NCBI RefSeq assembly: GCF_004010195.1
Contig: NC_057757.1
Span: 2,588,327 to 2,648,422, forward strand
Source: Chiloscyllium plagiosum
Taxonomy: Eukaryota
DNA: 60,096 nucleotides
Reading direction: 5' to 3'
The position numbers and the translations under genes were made by a program. Under the pieces are notes generated by a model. It made no database searches. It was given only the letters and a program-made list of their open reading frames with translations, and was not told the origin of the DNA. Shown here piece after piece: positions 34,141-46,859 of this stretch; within the stretch, counting starts at the first letter, position 1; every line of letters begins with the position of its first letter.

Positions 34141-34364
34141 TCGAGAATGTGGTGCTGGAAAAGTACAGCAGGTCAGGCAGCATCCGAGGAGCTGAAGAAT
34201 CGACATTTCAGGCAGGACCCTTCATCAGATTCATTCCTGATGAAGGGCATAAGCCCAAATCATCGATTTTCCAGCTCCTCGGATGCTACCTGACCTGGTG
34301 TGCTTTTCCAGCACCACATTCTCAACTCTGATCTCCAGCAATTGCAGTCCTCACTTTCTCCTAG
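34141..34364. mobile_element. Back-to-back inverted Penelope-related mini element with two hammerhead-like motifs and 15-bp TSD
   Basis: Inverted arms 34141-34229 and 34235-34325; atgatcaa(g/a)tggcag at 34126-34140 and 34365-34379. Confidence 0.8.
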
Positions 34365-34876
34365 ATGATCAAATGGCAGAGCAGACTCGATGGGCTGAAT
34401 GGCCTTCTTAACTCCTTACTGAATCTGCATGTTAACCTTCAGAGAACCCTGAACTAGGACTCCCTTGTGCTTCAAATTCCCAAAGCCTTTCTCCATTTAG
34501 AAAAGAGTGTGTGTCTCTATTTTCCTATCAAAGTGCAGAACCTCACATTTTTCCACATTGTATTCCAGCTACCACTTCTTTGCACATTCTCCTAGCCTGT
34601 CCAAGTCCTTCTACAACCTGTCCACTATTCCTAAAGGATATTAGTGGACCAGATGGGATTTTCCTGACAATCAACAATGGTCTCATGGTCATCATTAGAT
34701 TGCCGACTCTAGGTATTTATTGAATTCAAACACCACCAGCTACTGTGGCATTATTCAAACCCAAGTCCCCAGAACATTACCTAGGTCTCTAAATTAATAG
34801 TCTAATGATGATACCAGTCATCCATCACCTCCACAAGCAGATGTACAGAGAAAGTCTGGGTGGCCTGCTATGTGAA

Positions 34877-35890
34877 TGGCACAGTGGTTAGCACTGCTAC
34901 CTCATAGCGCTAGAGACCTGGGTTCAATTCCCACCTCAGGCAACTGTCTGTGTGAAGTTTGCACATTCTTCCTGGATTTGCTCTGGTTTCCTCGCACAGT
35001 CCAAAAATGTGCAGGGTAGGTGAATTGGCCATGCTAAATTGCCCGTAGAACATAGAACAATACAGCACAGAACAGGCCCTTCGCCCCACGATGTTGTGCC
35101 GACCATTTGTCCTAGCTTAAGCACCCATCCATGTACCTATCCAATTGCCGCTTAAAGGTCACCAATGATTCTAACTCTGCCACTCCCACAGGCAGCGCAT
35201 TCCATGCTCCCACCACTCTCTGAGTAAAGGACCTACCCTTGACATCCCCCCTATACCTTCCACCCTTCACCTTAAATTTATGTCCCCTTGTAACACTCTG
35301 TTGTACCCGGGGAAAAAGTCTCTGACTGTCTACTCTATCTATTCCCCTGATCATCTTATAAAACTCTATCAAGTCACCCCTCATCCTTCGCCGTTCCAAT
35401 GAGAAAAGGCCTAGCACTCTCAACCTATCCTCGTACGACCTATTCTCCATTCCAGGCAACATCCTGATAAATCTCCTCTGCACCCTCTCCAAACTTCCAC
35501 ATCTTTCCTAAAGTGAGGCGACAAGAACTGCACACAGTACTCCAAACGTGGTCTAACCAAAGTCCTGCCAAAAAAATGGACCTCACACTTGACAGGGTTG
35601 AACTCCATCTGCCACTCCTCAGCCCAGCTCTGCATCATATCTAAGTCCCTTTGCAGCCGACAACAGCCCTCCTCACTATCCACAACTTCACCAATCTTCG
35701 TATCATCTGTAAATTTACTGACCGACCCTTCGACTCCCTCTTCCAAGTCATTAATAAAAATTACAAACAGATAAAAATTACAAACAGTGTTAGGTGAAGG
35801 GGTAAATGTAGGGGGGTGGGGGTTTCTCTTCAGAGGGTCAGTGTGGACTTATTGGGCCGAAGGGCCTGTTTCCACACTAAGTAATCTAAT
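34877..35890 (+). mobile_element. HE1-type SINE interrupted by a minus-strand CR1 3' fragment (about 35049-35787)
   Basis: The SINE reads ...attgcccgtag, then CR1 (KFTDDTK, RRRMRGDLIE), then resumes tgttaggtgaaggggtaaa...gtaatctaatc. Confidence 0.85.
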
Positions 35891-36337
35891 CAATAAGGCA
35901 GTTGTTTTTTCCAGGAGCTGAATGGAACTTCCCAGAAAAAGTTGCAAGTGTTCCACCATTATATTCTCTTCCATCAGGCTGAAGATATAAAAGTTTGAAA
36001 AAAACATACAAACAGGTTCAAGGACAGCTTCATCCATGCTCTTATCAGACTTATCGTCAGACCTGTCAGATATTCGACTTGATCATTCTCTATAACTGTT
36101 AGACTATATTTTGCATTGTGTTCTGTTGCCCTATGTATTTACATAAGGTATGATTTGTTTGGTTAGCACACAAAACAATACTTTTCACTGTTTCGCAGTA
36201 TGTGACAAGAATAAATTAAATCAAAAACAAGAACTCCTGGAGGATTAACGTGGAGGTGCCGGCGTTGGACTGGGGTGGACAAAGGCAGAAGACGCATGAC
36301 ACCAGGATATAGTCCAACAGGTTTATTTGAAATCACA

Positions 36338-36365
36338 AGCTTTCGGAGAGCTGCTCCTTCCTCAG
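36338..36365 (-). ncRNA. Minimal hammerhead ribozyme motif, family B
   Basis: CTGAGGA-A-GGAG-CAGCT-CTCC-GAAAGCT on the minus strand. Confidence 0.5.
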
Positions 36366-36499
36366 GGTGAAGTGATTTCAAAAAGACTTATTGAACTATA
36401 ACCTGGTGTTGTGTAATTTCTGACTTTGACAACGTGCTTAAAAAAGTAATCAAAGTTCGATGTGAATATGTGGAAGGCTGTAAAAAGAATGACTTTATT

Positions 36500-36645
36500 T
36501 CCCTAAACCGAAACTGATGCATTTCCTGGAAGTCACATGTTGAAACTGAGTGGTACAAATTCACGGATTATACAATTCATGATGTACTAGGGAATTACTT
36601 CGGGTTGGCCACATGTATTTGATTGTGAAATTACTGGGAAATAAA
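36500..36645. promoter_or_regulatory. Candidate interferon/NF-kB-responsive promoter or enhancer
   Basis: AAACCGAAACTG (36505-36516, ISRE-like), TTCCTGGAA (36523-36531, GAS), GGGAATTACT (36590-36599, kB-like) in non-repeat sequence upstream of the CARD-VLIG gene. Confidence 0.5.
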
Positions 36646-36839
36646 CCCCATTATTCACAGGGGTTTAAGACCAGATTAAGAGCAGGCAAACTAGTACATT
36701 ATAGCTTCAGGAACAACAGTAAAATTGTTTGTAAAACCAAGGACTACAGATGTGAAGCAAAATCAGAAATTGCTGGTGAAGGGTCATAGAATCTCTACAG
36801 TGTGGAAACAGATTCTGAATCAGTGGTGCTGGAAGAGCC

Positions 36840-37135
36840 AGGCCATATGGCCCAACAGCAACCCTCTGAAGAGTAACCCACCCAGACTCATTCCTCCTAC
36901 CCTATATTTACCCCTGACTAATGTACCTTACCTACACTATGGGCCACGTAGCATGGCCAATTCACCCTAAACTGTACATTTTTGAACTGTGGGAGAGAAC
37001 CAGAGCACCTAGAGGAAACCCATGCAGATACGGGGAGAATGTGCAATCTCCACACAGACAGTCACCTGAGGCTGGAATCGAACCAGGGTCCCTAGAGCAG
37101 TGAGTTGGCAGTGCTAACCACTGAGCCTCCATGCC
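36840..37135 (-). mobile_element. HE1-type V-SINE
   Basis: Reverse-complement copy ending gcagtgctaaccactgagcc. Confidence 0.8.
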
Positions 37136-37619
37136 AGCAGGGTCTGCATCATCTGTGCAAAGAGAAAGTAGAGTTAATATTTTAAGTGCTATCACCTTTC
37201 TTCAGAACCAAATGGCAGAAGCAAGGTATTTTTGTACCAGCTATCCATGTCTAAAATGCTGAAATTCCTTTTGTAGCACCAAAGATAAAGAAACCAGGAG
37301 TTTTCAGTAAAAGCAAAATATTAAAGAGCCCGGGAACCAGAAATGCAACCAGAGTGTCAGCAAAAGCTCAGGTCTAGCAGCATTTGCAGAGAGAGAGAGA
37401 GTTAACATGGAGTCCAGTTGAACCTGGAAAATGGTGTTTGTGCTTTTGACAGAGGAGGGAGTAGTAAGTGGATAAACTAAGTACCACCTAGAGCAAATAA
37501 CAAAAGACCTGTGATAGAACATTACAGCGCCGTACAGGCCCTTTGGCCCTCGATGTTGTGCCGACCTTTGGAACCAACCTGAAGTCCATCTAACCTACAC
37601 TATTCCATTTTCATCCATA

Positions 37620-40085
37620 ATCCAAGATGGAGGATGGGAAGATTTCTGACTGCAACAGGCTACTCCTTTTTTGGAATTGTCGGAGGTGATTTTCTCGAAT
37701 TCCAGGAGCAGCTACTGTAGTTTTATATGCTGTTGCATTGTTTTGGAACTTTAGAGAAAAAGTCAAAACAACAGCACTTTTAAAAGGGAGAGGAACAGAA
37801 AAAGGCAGCACATGGTCAGGTCAGTGCAGGATAGCAAAAGAAACCCACACTGCTAACTGACACAGCAGTGAACCTGCTGTTGAATTCATGTATATCTGGG
37901 ACATCAGAGTGCGTCTGGGAAAATTCACAAACAGTGAAATTCACAACTGATCTTGGAGGAACCTGTTTTGGAGAAGTCACAACACAGAAAATAGATAAGT
38001 GAATAGTTTTAAGTGTGGCCTTGCTGTAAGTCTGCAGTAGTGAGTAGAGTGTGTTCTTTCTTGATTATATGTCTTGTTGAGATATGTCTCTTGATTAAAC
38101 TTAAAAATATAAGCCATAATTATGAGGTTAGCCTGGAACAGTGTTTTGTAGAGGAATAAGATGGGGCTATTTTCTGAGTCTGCAGATTAGAAGCAGCAAA
38201 AATGGCCCTTGGTAGAGTGATATGCTTCTCATCAGATGTGGGAGTTTAGGGAGAGTTTACGTGTCACTGAGGATATCTGCAATAAATACTGTTGATTGCG
38301 AACCCAATCAGATTGAATGGATCGGTTGGAGCGACAGTTAAAGGCAGTAAGGAATTTACAAGAGCAATGAGGATGTGATGGAAGGGAGAAAACCCACAGA
38401 TACAGTCAGGTAGATGGGTTAACTGCAGGAAAGGTAAGAGAGGTAGGTAGTGCAGGAATCTCCTGTGGCTATCCCCATTTCAAACATGTATGCTGTTTTG
38501 GATAATGTAGTAGGGGAATGCAACACGAACAACCAAGTTTCTGGTATCGAGACTGGCTGTAATGTATGGGGTTCTAATAATAAGGGGTATGTTAGGTTCC
38601 AAGAGATCGATTGTGTTAGGGGACTCTCTGGTCCGAGGCACAGACAGATGTTTCTGTGGCCAACAACAAAAAGTCAGAATGGTGTGTTGCCTCCCTGGTG
38701 TCAGGATGAAGGGTGTCTCAGAGAGGGTGCAGAATGCTCTCAAGGGGGAAAGAGCCCAGTAGGAAGTCATTGTACACATTGGAATGGCAAAGGATGAGAT
38801 TCTGAAGGGCGAATATAGAGGGGTTAGGCAGGAATTTAAAAAGGAGGTCCTCGAGAGTAGTAATATCCGGGTTACTCCCAATGCTACGAGCTAGTGAGGG
38901 CAGGAATAGGAGGATAGAGTGGATGAATGCATAGCTGAGGAGCTAGTGTATGGGGTAAGGATTCACATTTTTGAATCATCGGAATCTCTTCTGGGGTAGA
39001 AGTGACCTGTATAAGAAAGACAGATTGCACCTGAATTGGAAGGGGACTAATATACTGGCAGGGAAATTTGCTAGAGCCACTCGAGAGGATTTAAACTAGT
39101 AAGGTGGGGAGGATGGGACCCAGGGAGATAGTGAGGAAAGATCAATCTGAGACTGGTACAGTTGGGAAAAAAAAGCAAATCAAATAGTCAGGACAGGCAG
39201 GGACAAAGCAGAGAACAAGGGTGGACTGATAAATCAAACTGCATTTATTTCAATGCATCAGGGAAGGCAGATGAACTCAGGGCATGGGACTGGAATATCA
39301 TAGCAATTACAGAAATGTGGCTCGTGGATGGACAGGACAGGCAACTTAATGTTCCAGGATACAAATGCTACAGTAAGGACAGAAAGGGAGGCAAGAGAGG
39401 AGGGGGAGTGGCGTTTTTGAAAAGGGATAGCATTACAGCTATACTGAGGGAGAATATTCCTGGAAATACATCCAGGGAAGTTACTTAGATGGAAGTGGGA
39501 ATTAAGAAGAGGATGATCACCTTATTGGGATTGTATTATAGACCCCCTAATAGTCAGAGGGAAATTGAGAAAGAAATTTGTAAGGAGATGTAAGTTATCT
39601 GTAAGAATAATAGTCCCAGTCTATGTTTCCAAACATAGACTGGGACTGCCATAGTGTTAAGGGTTTAGATGGAGAGGAATTTGTTAAGTGCATACAAGAA
39701 AATTTTCTGATTCAGTATGTGGATGTACCTACTAGAAAAGGTGCTAAACCTGACCTACTCTTGGGGAAAAAAGGCAGGGCAGGTGACAGAGGTGTTGGTC
39801 GGGGAGCACTTTGGAGCCAGCGACCATAATTCAATTTGTTTTAAAAGTGATGGAAAAGGATAGACCAGATCTAAAAGTTGAAGTTCTAAATTGGAGAAAG
39901 GCTCATTTTGACAGTATTAGGCAAGAACTTTCAAAAGCTGATTGGGGGCAGATGTTCATAGGTAAAGGGGTGGCTGGAAAATGGGAAGCCTTCAGAAATG
40001 AGATAATGAGTCCAGAGACAGTATATTCCTGTTAGGGTGAAAGGAAAGGCTGGTAGTTGTAAGGAATGCTGGATAACTAAAGAAA
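37620..40085 (+). mobile_element. CR1 LINE 5' portion (5'UTR, ORF1 with Cys-rich N-terminus and esterase, ORF2 endonuclease), degenerate
   Basis: Starts CAAGATGG; IVLGDSLVRG and VCCLPG (SGNH esterase); IIAITEMW, GGGVA and FPNIDW fragments. Confidence 0.85.
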
Positions 40086-40290
40086 TTAGATTAGATTCCC
40101 TACAGTGTGGAAACAGGCCCTTTGGCCCAACAAGTCCACACCAACCCTCTGAAGAGTAACTCACCCAGACCCATTTCCCTCTGACTAATGCACCTAACAT
40201 TGCAATTTAGCATTACCAATTCACCTGACCTGCACTTCTTTGGACTATGGGAGGAAACCGGAGCACCCGGAGGAAACCCATACAGACATG
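40085..40290 (-). mobile_element. HE1-type V-SINE 3' half
   Basis: ttagattagattccctacagtgtggaaacagg...ggaggaaaccggagcacccggagg. Confidence 0.8.
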
Positions 40291-40374
40291 TTTGATTATA
40301 TAAAATAAAGGAAGCTTGTCGTGTATAGACAGGTTAGATCAAGTGAATCGTTGGCAGAGTATACGTAAGAATCC

Positions 40375-40830
40375 TACTCATTGAAGCTGAACTGTAGTCA
40401 ACACTATTATCCCCTCGAGACTGAATACTAAACTTAGTGATCTCGGACTAAGCCCCAATCTCTGCAACTGGATCCTCAGTATCTGACCCATAGGTCACAA
40501 TCAGTGAAGATTGGGGACAATATTTCATTCTCGCTAACACTCAACACTGGAGCCCCCCGGGGTATGTACTCAGCCCTTGACTGTACTCACTGTATACCCA
40601 TGACTGCATTGCCAAATGCCATTTACAAGTTCGCTGATGACACCAGAGTCAGTCGAATCTCAGATGGTGATGAAACAGACTACAGACAGGAGGTGGAAGA
40701 CCTGGAAAATTGGTGGACTGAGAACAACCCAAGTCTCAATGCTGGCAAAACCAAGGAGCTCATTATTGACTTTAGGCAGGATGTTACTTATGTCCCCCCT
40801 ACACATTAACAGCACGGAGGTGGAATGTCC
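40375..40830 (+). mobile_element. Rex1/Babar-type LINE RT fragment
   Basis: LTLNTGAPRG...KFADDT...NPSLNAGKTKELIIDFR. Confidence 0.75.
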
Positions 40831-41719
40831 CTATGACTATATGCCTATCCAATAACCATTTAAATGCCCTTAAAGTTGGCAAGTCTCCTACTGTTGCAGG
40901 CAGCGTGTTACATATGCCTACTACTGAGTAAAGAAACTACCTCTGCCATCTTTTCTAAATCTATCACCCCTCAATTTAAAGCTCTGTCCCCTTGTGCTAG
41001 CCACCAACGAGGATAAAGGCTCTCACTGTCCACCCTATCTAACCCTCTGATTATCTTATGTCTCAATTAAGTCATCTCACAATCTCTTTAACAAGAACAG
41101 CCTCAAGTCCCTCAGCCTTTCCTCCATACCAGGCAACATCCTAGTAAATCTCCCTGAACCTTTTTCAAAGTTTCCACACCCTTCCTATAATGTGGCAACC
41201 AGAATTTAAACAGTATTTTGCCAAATCCTCTTCCTACTTGAGCATTTAGCAACAATTTAGGAACAAGCTCAAAAATAAACAGAACACAGCTCATTCTTAA
41301 ACCAAAGACTTGAGCATATTAAATCAGATTGACTATCAATCAATCTACTGGGGAAAGGATGTGTGGAACTGGGGGCTGAAATGTACAAATACACTCCAGG
41401 CTCTGGATTATCTTCTGTGGGCAGTGTAGTGATTAGCACTGCTGCTTCACAGCATCAGGAACCTGGGTTCAGTTCTGCCCTCAGGAGAATGTGAAGTTTG
41501 CATATTTTCCCCTGTGTCTGCACACGTCTCTTTATTGTCCTGTGCGATGCTGAGGACAAGTGCAGTCTTGACAGGGCAAAGGTCTTCTTTCTACACTGTA
41601 GGCATTCTATGACAAAAATCGACAAATAGCTCACCGCACCCAGTTACAGGAGACAGTAAAAACAGATTTAAATTGGTGGAATGCCAAAGGTGCATAATTT
41701 TTGCTGACTCACTTTACCA

Positions 41720-43300
41720 AGTAGGGTAGACAAACAGGAGGCTGGAAGAACACAGCAAGCCAGGCAGCATCAGGCAGAGAAGTCAACATTTTGATGTAAC
41801 CCTTCTTCAGGAGCAGGAGTGGGTGTAAGGGGAGCTACAGATAAAAGGGTGTATGTTTATATAGAAAATATTTTTTTTAAAAATCAGGGCAGGGTGGCCA
41901 GGTGGGGATCTGTGAACGCAGGTAGAGTGTAACACCTGGTTGGTTAATGGCAGGATTGAATCTGGTTGGTTGGTAGGAAGGGTTGATAAGAGGAATGGGA
42001 GAGGGAGGTGCTAGAAAGGAAGTCCAGGAATAGGGACAGAGATTTCAAATTTGAATCAGAGTCCTCTGGACTGTAGGCTACCTAGACAGGTGGTGAGGTT
42101 TCGTTCCTCCAATTTAATTTCTGATTCACTGTGGTGTGGCAGTGGAGGTAGCCAAGGATGGTCCGGTCAGAAAGGGAGTGGGAAGGGGGAATTACAATGG
42201 GCAGTAACAGGGAATGCAGGTCAGCCCTTGCAGACACAGCTAAGATGATCAATGAAATGTTCCCTTAGTTTACCTTTGGTCTGCCCCCTGTAGAGAAGAC
42301 CACATCAGGAGCACTGGATACAGTAAAGTAGTTTTGGAGGAGAGTCCCACCTGAAAGGACTTGTGGCCAGCATGTTTTGCTTCTTTTCCTGTTGCAGGGG
42401 AAGGTACCTAGGGTGGGGGCACATGCAGTGTGGGGAGAGTGGCATGAACCAAGGATTGGCAAAGGGAGCAGTCCTTGCAGAACGTGGATAGGGGTGGGGT
42501 CAGGAGGGGAAGATGTTCTTGGTGGAGTCTAGTTGAAGTTGGAAGTGTTTAAGGATGATGCATTGGATGCAGAGGCTGGTGGAGTGGTAGGTAAGGACAA
42601 GGGGGACTCTATTGCATGGGGCAGAGGGTGGGAAGGTTTAGAGCAGTAGAACAGAGCATGGAGGTGGTGCAGTGGAGGGCTGTCAATGACAGGCAGGGCA
42701 AAGTATGTTGTTCAAAATAGGTGGATATCTGGATGTTGGGATTAGAATGTAAATTCATCTGAGCAGATGCAGAGGAGTTGGGAAGAATGGAATGGCATTC
42801 TTGCAGGATACTGGGTGGGAAGAAGTCTAGAGCTGAAAGTGTTGCTGGAAAGTGCAGCAGGTCAGGCAGCAACCAAGGTGCAGGAGAGGGAGCAAGGATC
42901 ATTCCTGAAGGGGTCATGCCCGAAATGGATGCTGCCTGACCTGCTGCACTTTTCCAGCAACACATTTTCAGCTCTGATCTCCAGCATCTGCAGTCCTCAC
43001 TTTCTCCTGGGAAGAAGTCTAGTCCAGGTAGTTAGAGAGAGTGGGTTTATATTAAAAAATGCACCTGGAGACTGTCACCAGAGATTGAAATTGAGAGGGC
43101 AAGGAAGGGTGGGGGAGAGAGAAGAGGTGGTGTCCAAGATGGACCAAGTGATGGAGGGTAGGGTGGATGTTGTGGGCAAAGCTGATGAACTGCTCCAATT
43201 TGACCTGGGTGCAGAATGCTGCACTGATGCAGTCATTGATGTTGGGGCATAGTGCCTATGTAGGTACTGAAGGACTATTCAACATAGCTGGGGCCCATCA
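41720..43300 (-). mobile_element. Degraded Penelope-like element
   Basis: GTFPCNRKRSKTC linker, RT remnant near 43150-43250, terminal degenerate CTGAAGAAGGG motif at 41784-41810. Confidence 0.7.
42831..43007. mobile_element. Inverted Penelope-related mini element (degenerate hammerhead core) with 15-bp TSD
   Basis: tgggaagaagtctag at 42816-42830 and 43008-43022. Confidence 0.8.
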
Positions 43301-43628
43301 ATGCTGTACAACACAAAGACCCTTAAAGAAAAACAAAAGACCAGAGTATTATCAAGTCATGCTTATATTAGAAATTTTACATCCAACTTTTAAAAACACC
43401 TATTGGTTTCAGAGTTATGTACAAAGCACAGTTTACTTCTATGAGCATAGAATGAAAGTAGTGTAGAAAGAACAGTGTTTTCAGCTTTAATAAAAAAAGT
43501 CTACACATGCACTGCTAATGAGTTCAAACCAAATTTCACCCACAGTAGGCATACATATTTGACAGTGAGCAGATACATTTTCCCCTCCCCCCCCACAAAA
43601 AACTGAACAAGATTTCTTCAGCCAAAAT

Positions 43629-43837
43629 TCAACTGCTTCTTTGCCTGATGCTCAGTGTCCCACCTAAAGCACATGCACAAAGCAAGCCGCAGAATCCTAG
43701 AAACAGTGCAATCCCAAGGAGGATGTATGTGATAGTAGTGGCCCAGAAGGCAAAAAAGTAGAGAGTTTTATCGCAGTAATTGGGAGATGTTTTGTCAATG
43801 TATTCTGGCTCATAGATGCTGTAGATCCAAACATTTC
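43629..43837 (-). CDS. TMEM272-like gene copy 1, last exon
   Basis: cttctag|GA AAT GTT TGG; (G)NVWIYSIYEPEYIDKTSPNYCDKTLYFFAFW...SIRQRSS*; ATTAAA at 43486-43491. Confidence 0.88.
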
Positions 43838-44009
43838 CTAGAAGAGGTAGAGAAATAGGTTTTTAAATATTGATACTTTCCCCAGAGATCACAAATCAAA
43901 CATTTTACATTTCTGCCTCCTTCCTTCAGAATCTGGATTTTCTAACTCCCAACACTGAACAGTTATGCATGAACACTATCCTTCAGCACTTAGGTTTCCT
44001 CATTCACCA

Positions 44010-44900
44010 CCCTTGCCAGAGTGCCACAGGGATCAGTGCTGGGTCCACTACTTCATCATTCAAATTATTTGAATGTTAGCATAGGAGGTACAGTTAGTAA
44101 GTTTGCAGATGACACCAAAATTGGAGGTATAGTGGACAGTGAAGGCTACCTGAGTACAATGGGATTTTGATCAGATGGGCCAGTGGGCTGAGTGGCAGAT
44201 GGAGTTTAATTTAGATAAAATGAGAGGTGCTGCATTATGCAAGAGCAAATCTTAGCAGGACTTATACACTTAATGGCAAGGTCTTCAGGAGTGTTGCTGA
44301 ACAAAGATCTTGGAGTGCAGGTTCACAGCTCCTTGGAAGTGGAGTCATTAGTAGGTAGGATAGTGAAGAAAGTGTTTGGTATGCTTTCCTTTATTGGTCA
44401 GAGTATAGGAGTTGGGAGATCATGTTGCAGCTGTGTAGGATGTTGGTTAGGCCACTTTTGGAATAATGCATGCAATTCTGGTCCCCTGATCAGGAAGATG
44501 TTGTGAAACTTGAAAGGGTTCTGAAAGATTTACAAGGATGTTGCCAGGGTTGGAGAGTTTGAGCTATAGGGAGAGGTAAATAGGGTAAATAGACAGTCTT
44601 TTCCCTGGGGTGGGGGAAGTCCAGAACTAGAGGGTTTAGGGAGAGAAGGGAATTTATAAAAAGGAACCTAAAGGGGCAACTTTTTCCATGAGGGGGGGTG
44701 GCACATGAATGGAGTGAGCTGCCAGAGGAAGTGGTGGAGGCTGGTACAATTGCAACATTTAAGAGGCTATTGGATGGGTATATGAATAGGAAGGGTTTGG
44801 AGGGATATGGGCCGGGTGCTGGCAGGTGGGACTAGATTAGGATCTCTGGTCAGCATGGACAGGTTGGATCAAAGGGTCTGTTTCTGTGCTGTACATCTGA
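44010..44900 (+). mobile_element. CR1 LINE 3' fragment
   Basis: gtgccacagggatcagtgctggg (VPQGSVLG), aagtttgcagatgacacc (KFADDT) and CR1 3' end. Confidence 0.85.
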
Positions 44901-45072
44901 CTCTCCAAAAAGAGACACCCCAGCACTGAGGCAGCAGTGCTAACCATTGAGCCACCCATGCTGCCTCAAGGGATTGGTCAGAGGAACCTCACCCCATGAA
45001 CATTCTAAAAAACAGGTGAGTAGCAACATGCAAACTCAAGTTAAACAAAGCTAGTTTCAGTTAAGCAGTTAC

Positions 45073-45276
45073 CTGTTATAAACCAGATGAAGGAAAACAG
45101 TGAGATGAGACTTTTCCAAACTCTGCCAATTCTATGAAAAGCCAACATATTGCTTTCATCATTTGGAGCACATGAAACTAGTGAAATCATCACAAAGAAC
45201 AGGGTAAAGCTACCAGAGACAATCAAATAAATTGGGATCAGGTACTGCTTGGGACAGGAATCCAAATAGACAGTAC
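45073..45276 (-). CDS. TMEM272-like gene copy 1, coding exon 3
   Basis: (G)TVYLDSCPKQYLIPIYLIVSG...LFSFIWFIT; 204 nt, phase 1 to 1, canonical ag/gt. Confidence 0.88.
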
Positions 45277-45634
45277 CTATATGGGAAGGAGAAAAGAAAA
45301 AAAAAGTGTCAGAAGTGATTTGTTGCAAACTTAATGTCACCATAAATCTGACTATTTTGAGAACAAAGTTACTCTAGTTTTTAATTTTAAGCTGTTGTTA
45401 AAAACATGGAAGTGGTCAAATCCTTAGAACCAAAGGAAGAATGCTGCTCCTAATATTGAGCCAAGCTTGGTACAGGAATCCAAGCCATTTATATGCAGCT
45501 TAACTATTTTAATGTCAAGCATAGCTATGACTAGATTACATTAAATCTAACAAGCTTGCCAAAAACAGACAAACAATCCAAGTGAACAGCTTTTAAATTC
45601 ATGCCACCAACATCCTTTATTATTGAAATCTCAC

Positions 45635-45685
45635 CAATAGTGATGGAAGCAACAGCCAACAGACAGGTCATAATTTTCATAGATG
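45635..45685 (-). CDS. TMEM272-like gene copy 1, coding exon 2
   Basis: ccttttcag|CA TCT ATG...ACT ATT G|gtgaga; (A)SMKIMTCLLAVASITI; 51 nt, phase 1 to 1. Confidence 0.78.
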
Positions 45686-46337
45686 CTGAAAAGGAATTGG
45701 AGAATGTTTAAAAAAGTGTGTAACATTCAACATATTAGTGTAGGGGCTGGTGATCCAGTTCATCCCTACCTGCTCTTTCAAAAGAGACCCACTCCCCAGT
45801 TCCCTCCCTGCCACCCCCTCCAAAACCCAAGTGAAATCTTTCACTGGAGATTCTGCTGACACCACTTCAGGCATGCATTCAAGACTAAGAACATCAAGTG
45901 TATTATGAAATGAGGGTCTTAAGGGGAGATTTCCTGGCCCTTGACGGGAAGTAGCCAATCAATGATGAACTTAGAAGAAAAAAAATTGTTTTATTTAACC
46001 CAGGGATTTAAGCATTTAGATGAAATGGTACTCATTGAAGTGGGTAGTGTCACTTAGCTGGGCAACTGGTTTGCAGTGATGCTAACATTAGCATGAAGGA
46101 CTCCTCAACATTTCCCCTTACCCAAGGGGTGAGGACTCCAGTTAAACCAGTCATCCATTGGAGTACAGTCCCATGGTTAATAATTTACTTTTTTTAAAAA
46201 GCTGGTTACAGAAGAGGAGATCGTCTCTTGACCCACATCTATTATAGCAATTGCATTTTACATTTATGCTTTCCTATTGAATGTACTTTCTCAAGAGCTA
46301 TTGACTTGTTCCTTGGATGTGAACGAACAATCAGTAC

Positions 46338-46413
46338 CTGATGCCACTGGGGATGTAGGAGGATATTCAATAGTCCGCAGGAGAGGAGTGTATAAGCTAC
46401 TTTCAGGGTCCAT
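46338..46413 (-). CDS. TMEM272-like gene copy 1, coding exon 1
   Basis: aacATGG Kozak; MDPESSLYTPLLRTIEYPPTSPVAS then G|gtactg; acceptor at 46428; total CDS 540 nt = 179 aa. Confidence 0.7.
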
Positions 46414-46859
46414 GTTATTAGCCACCTCCTATACACCAGATCTAGGAGTTAAGGCACATATTAAATTAACAAGCAACCACCTGTTTTGACCCACCATCTC
46501 ACTTAACAGTCCTGTTGTTCAACTGGTCTTTGTTTGGACCTCCATTAGAGAGTTGTAGATTACACATTTAAACCTCACTCCTTGAGAACTCAAATAGAAA
46601 ACATCTAAAAAAGAACCACTAAGCAAAATAAAAGTTGCTGGAAAAACTCAGCACTGTCTGACAGCATCTGTAGAGAGACAAGACTGAATGTTATGGATCC
46701 AAAGACCCTTCTTAGGAGGATTGCTAGACCAAAAGTATTAATTGTCTTTCTCTAGATGCTGCCAGACCTGCTGAGCTTTTCTCTCTCTTTCCCCCCCGCC
46801 CCCCCCCAAGCAATTTGTTTGACTTCCAGCATCCACAGATTTTATTTGAAAATAACATG

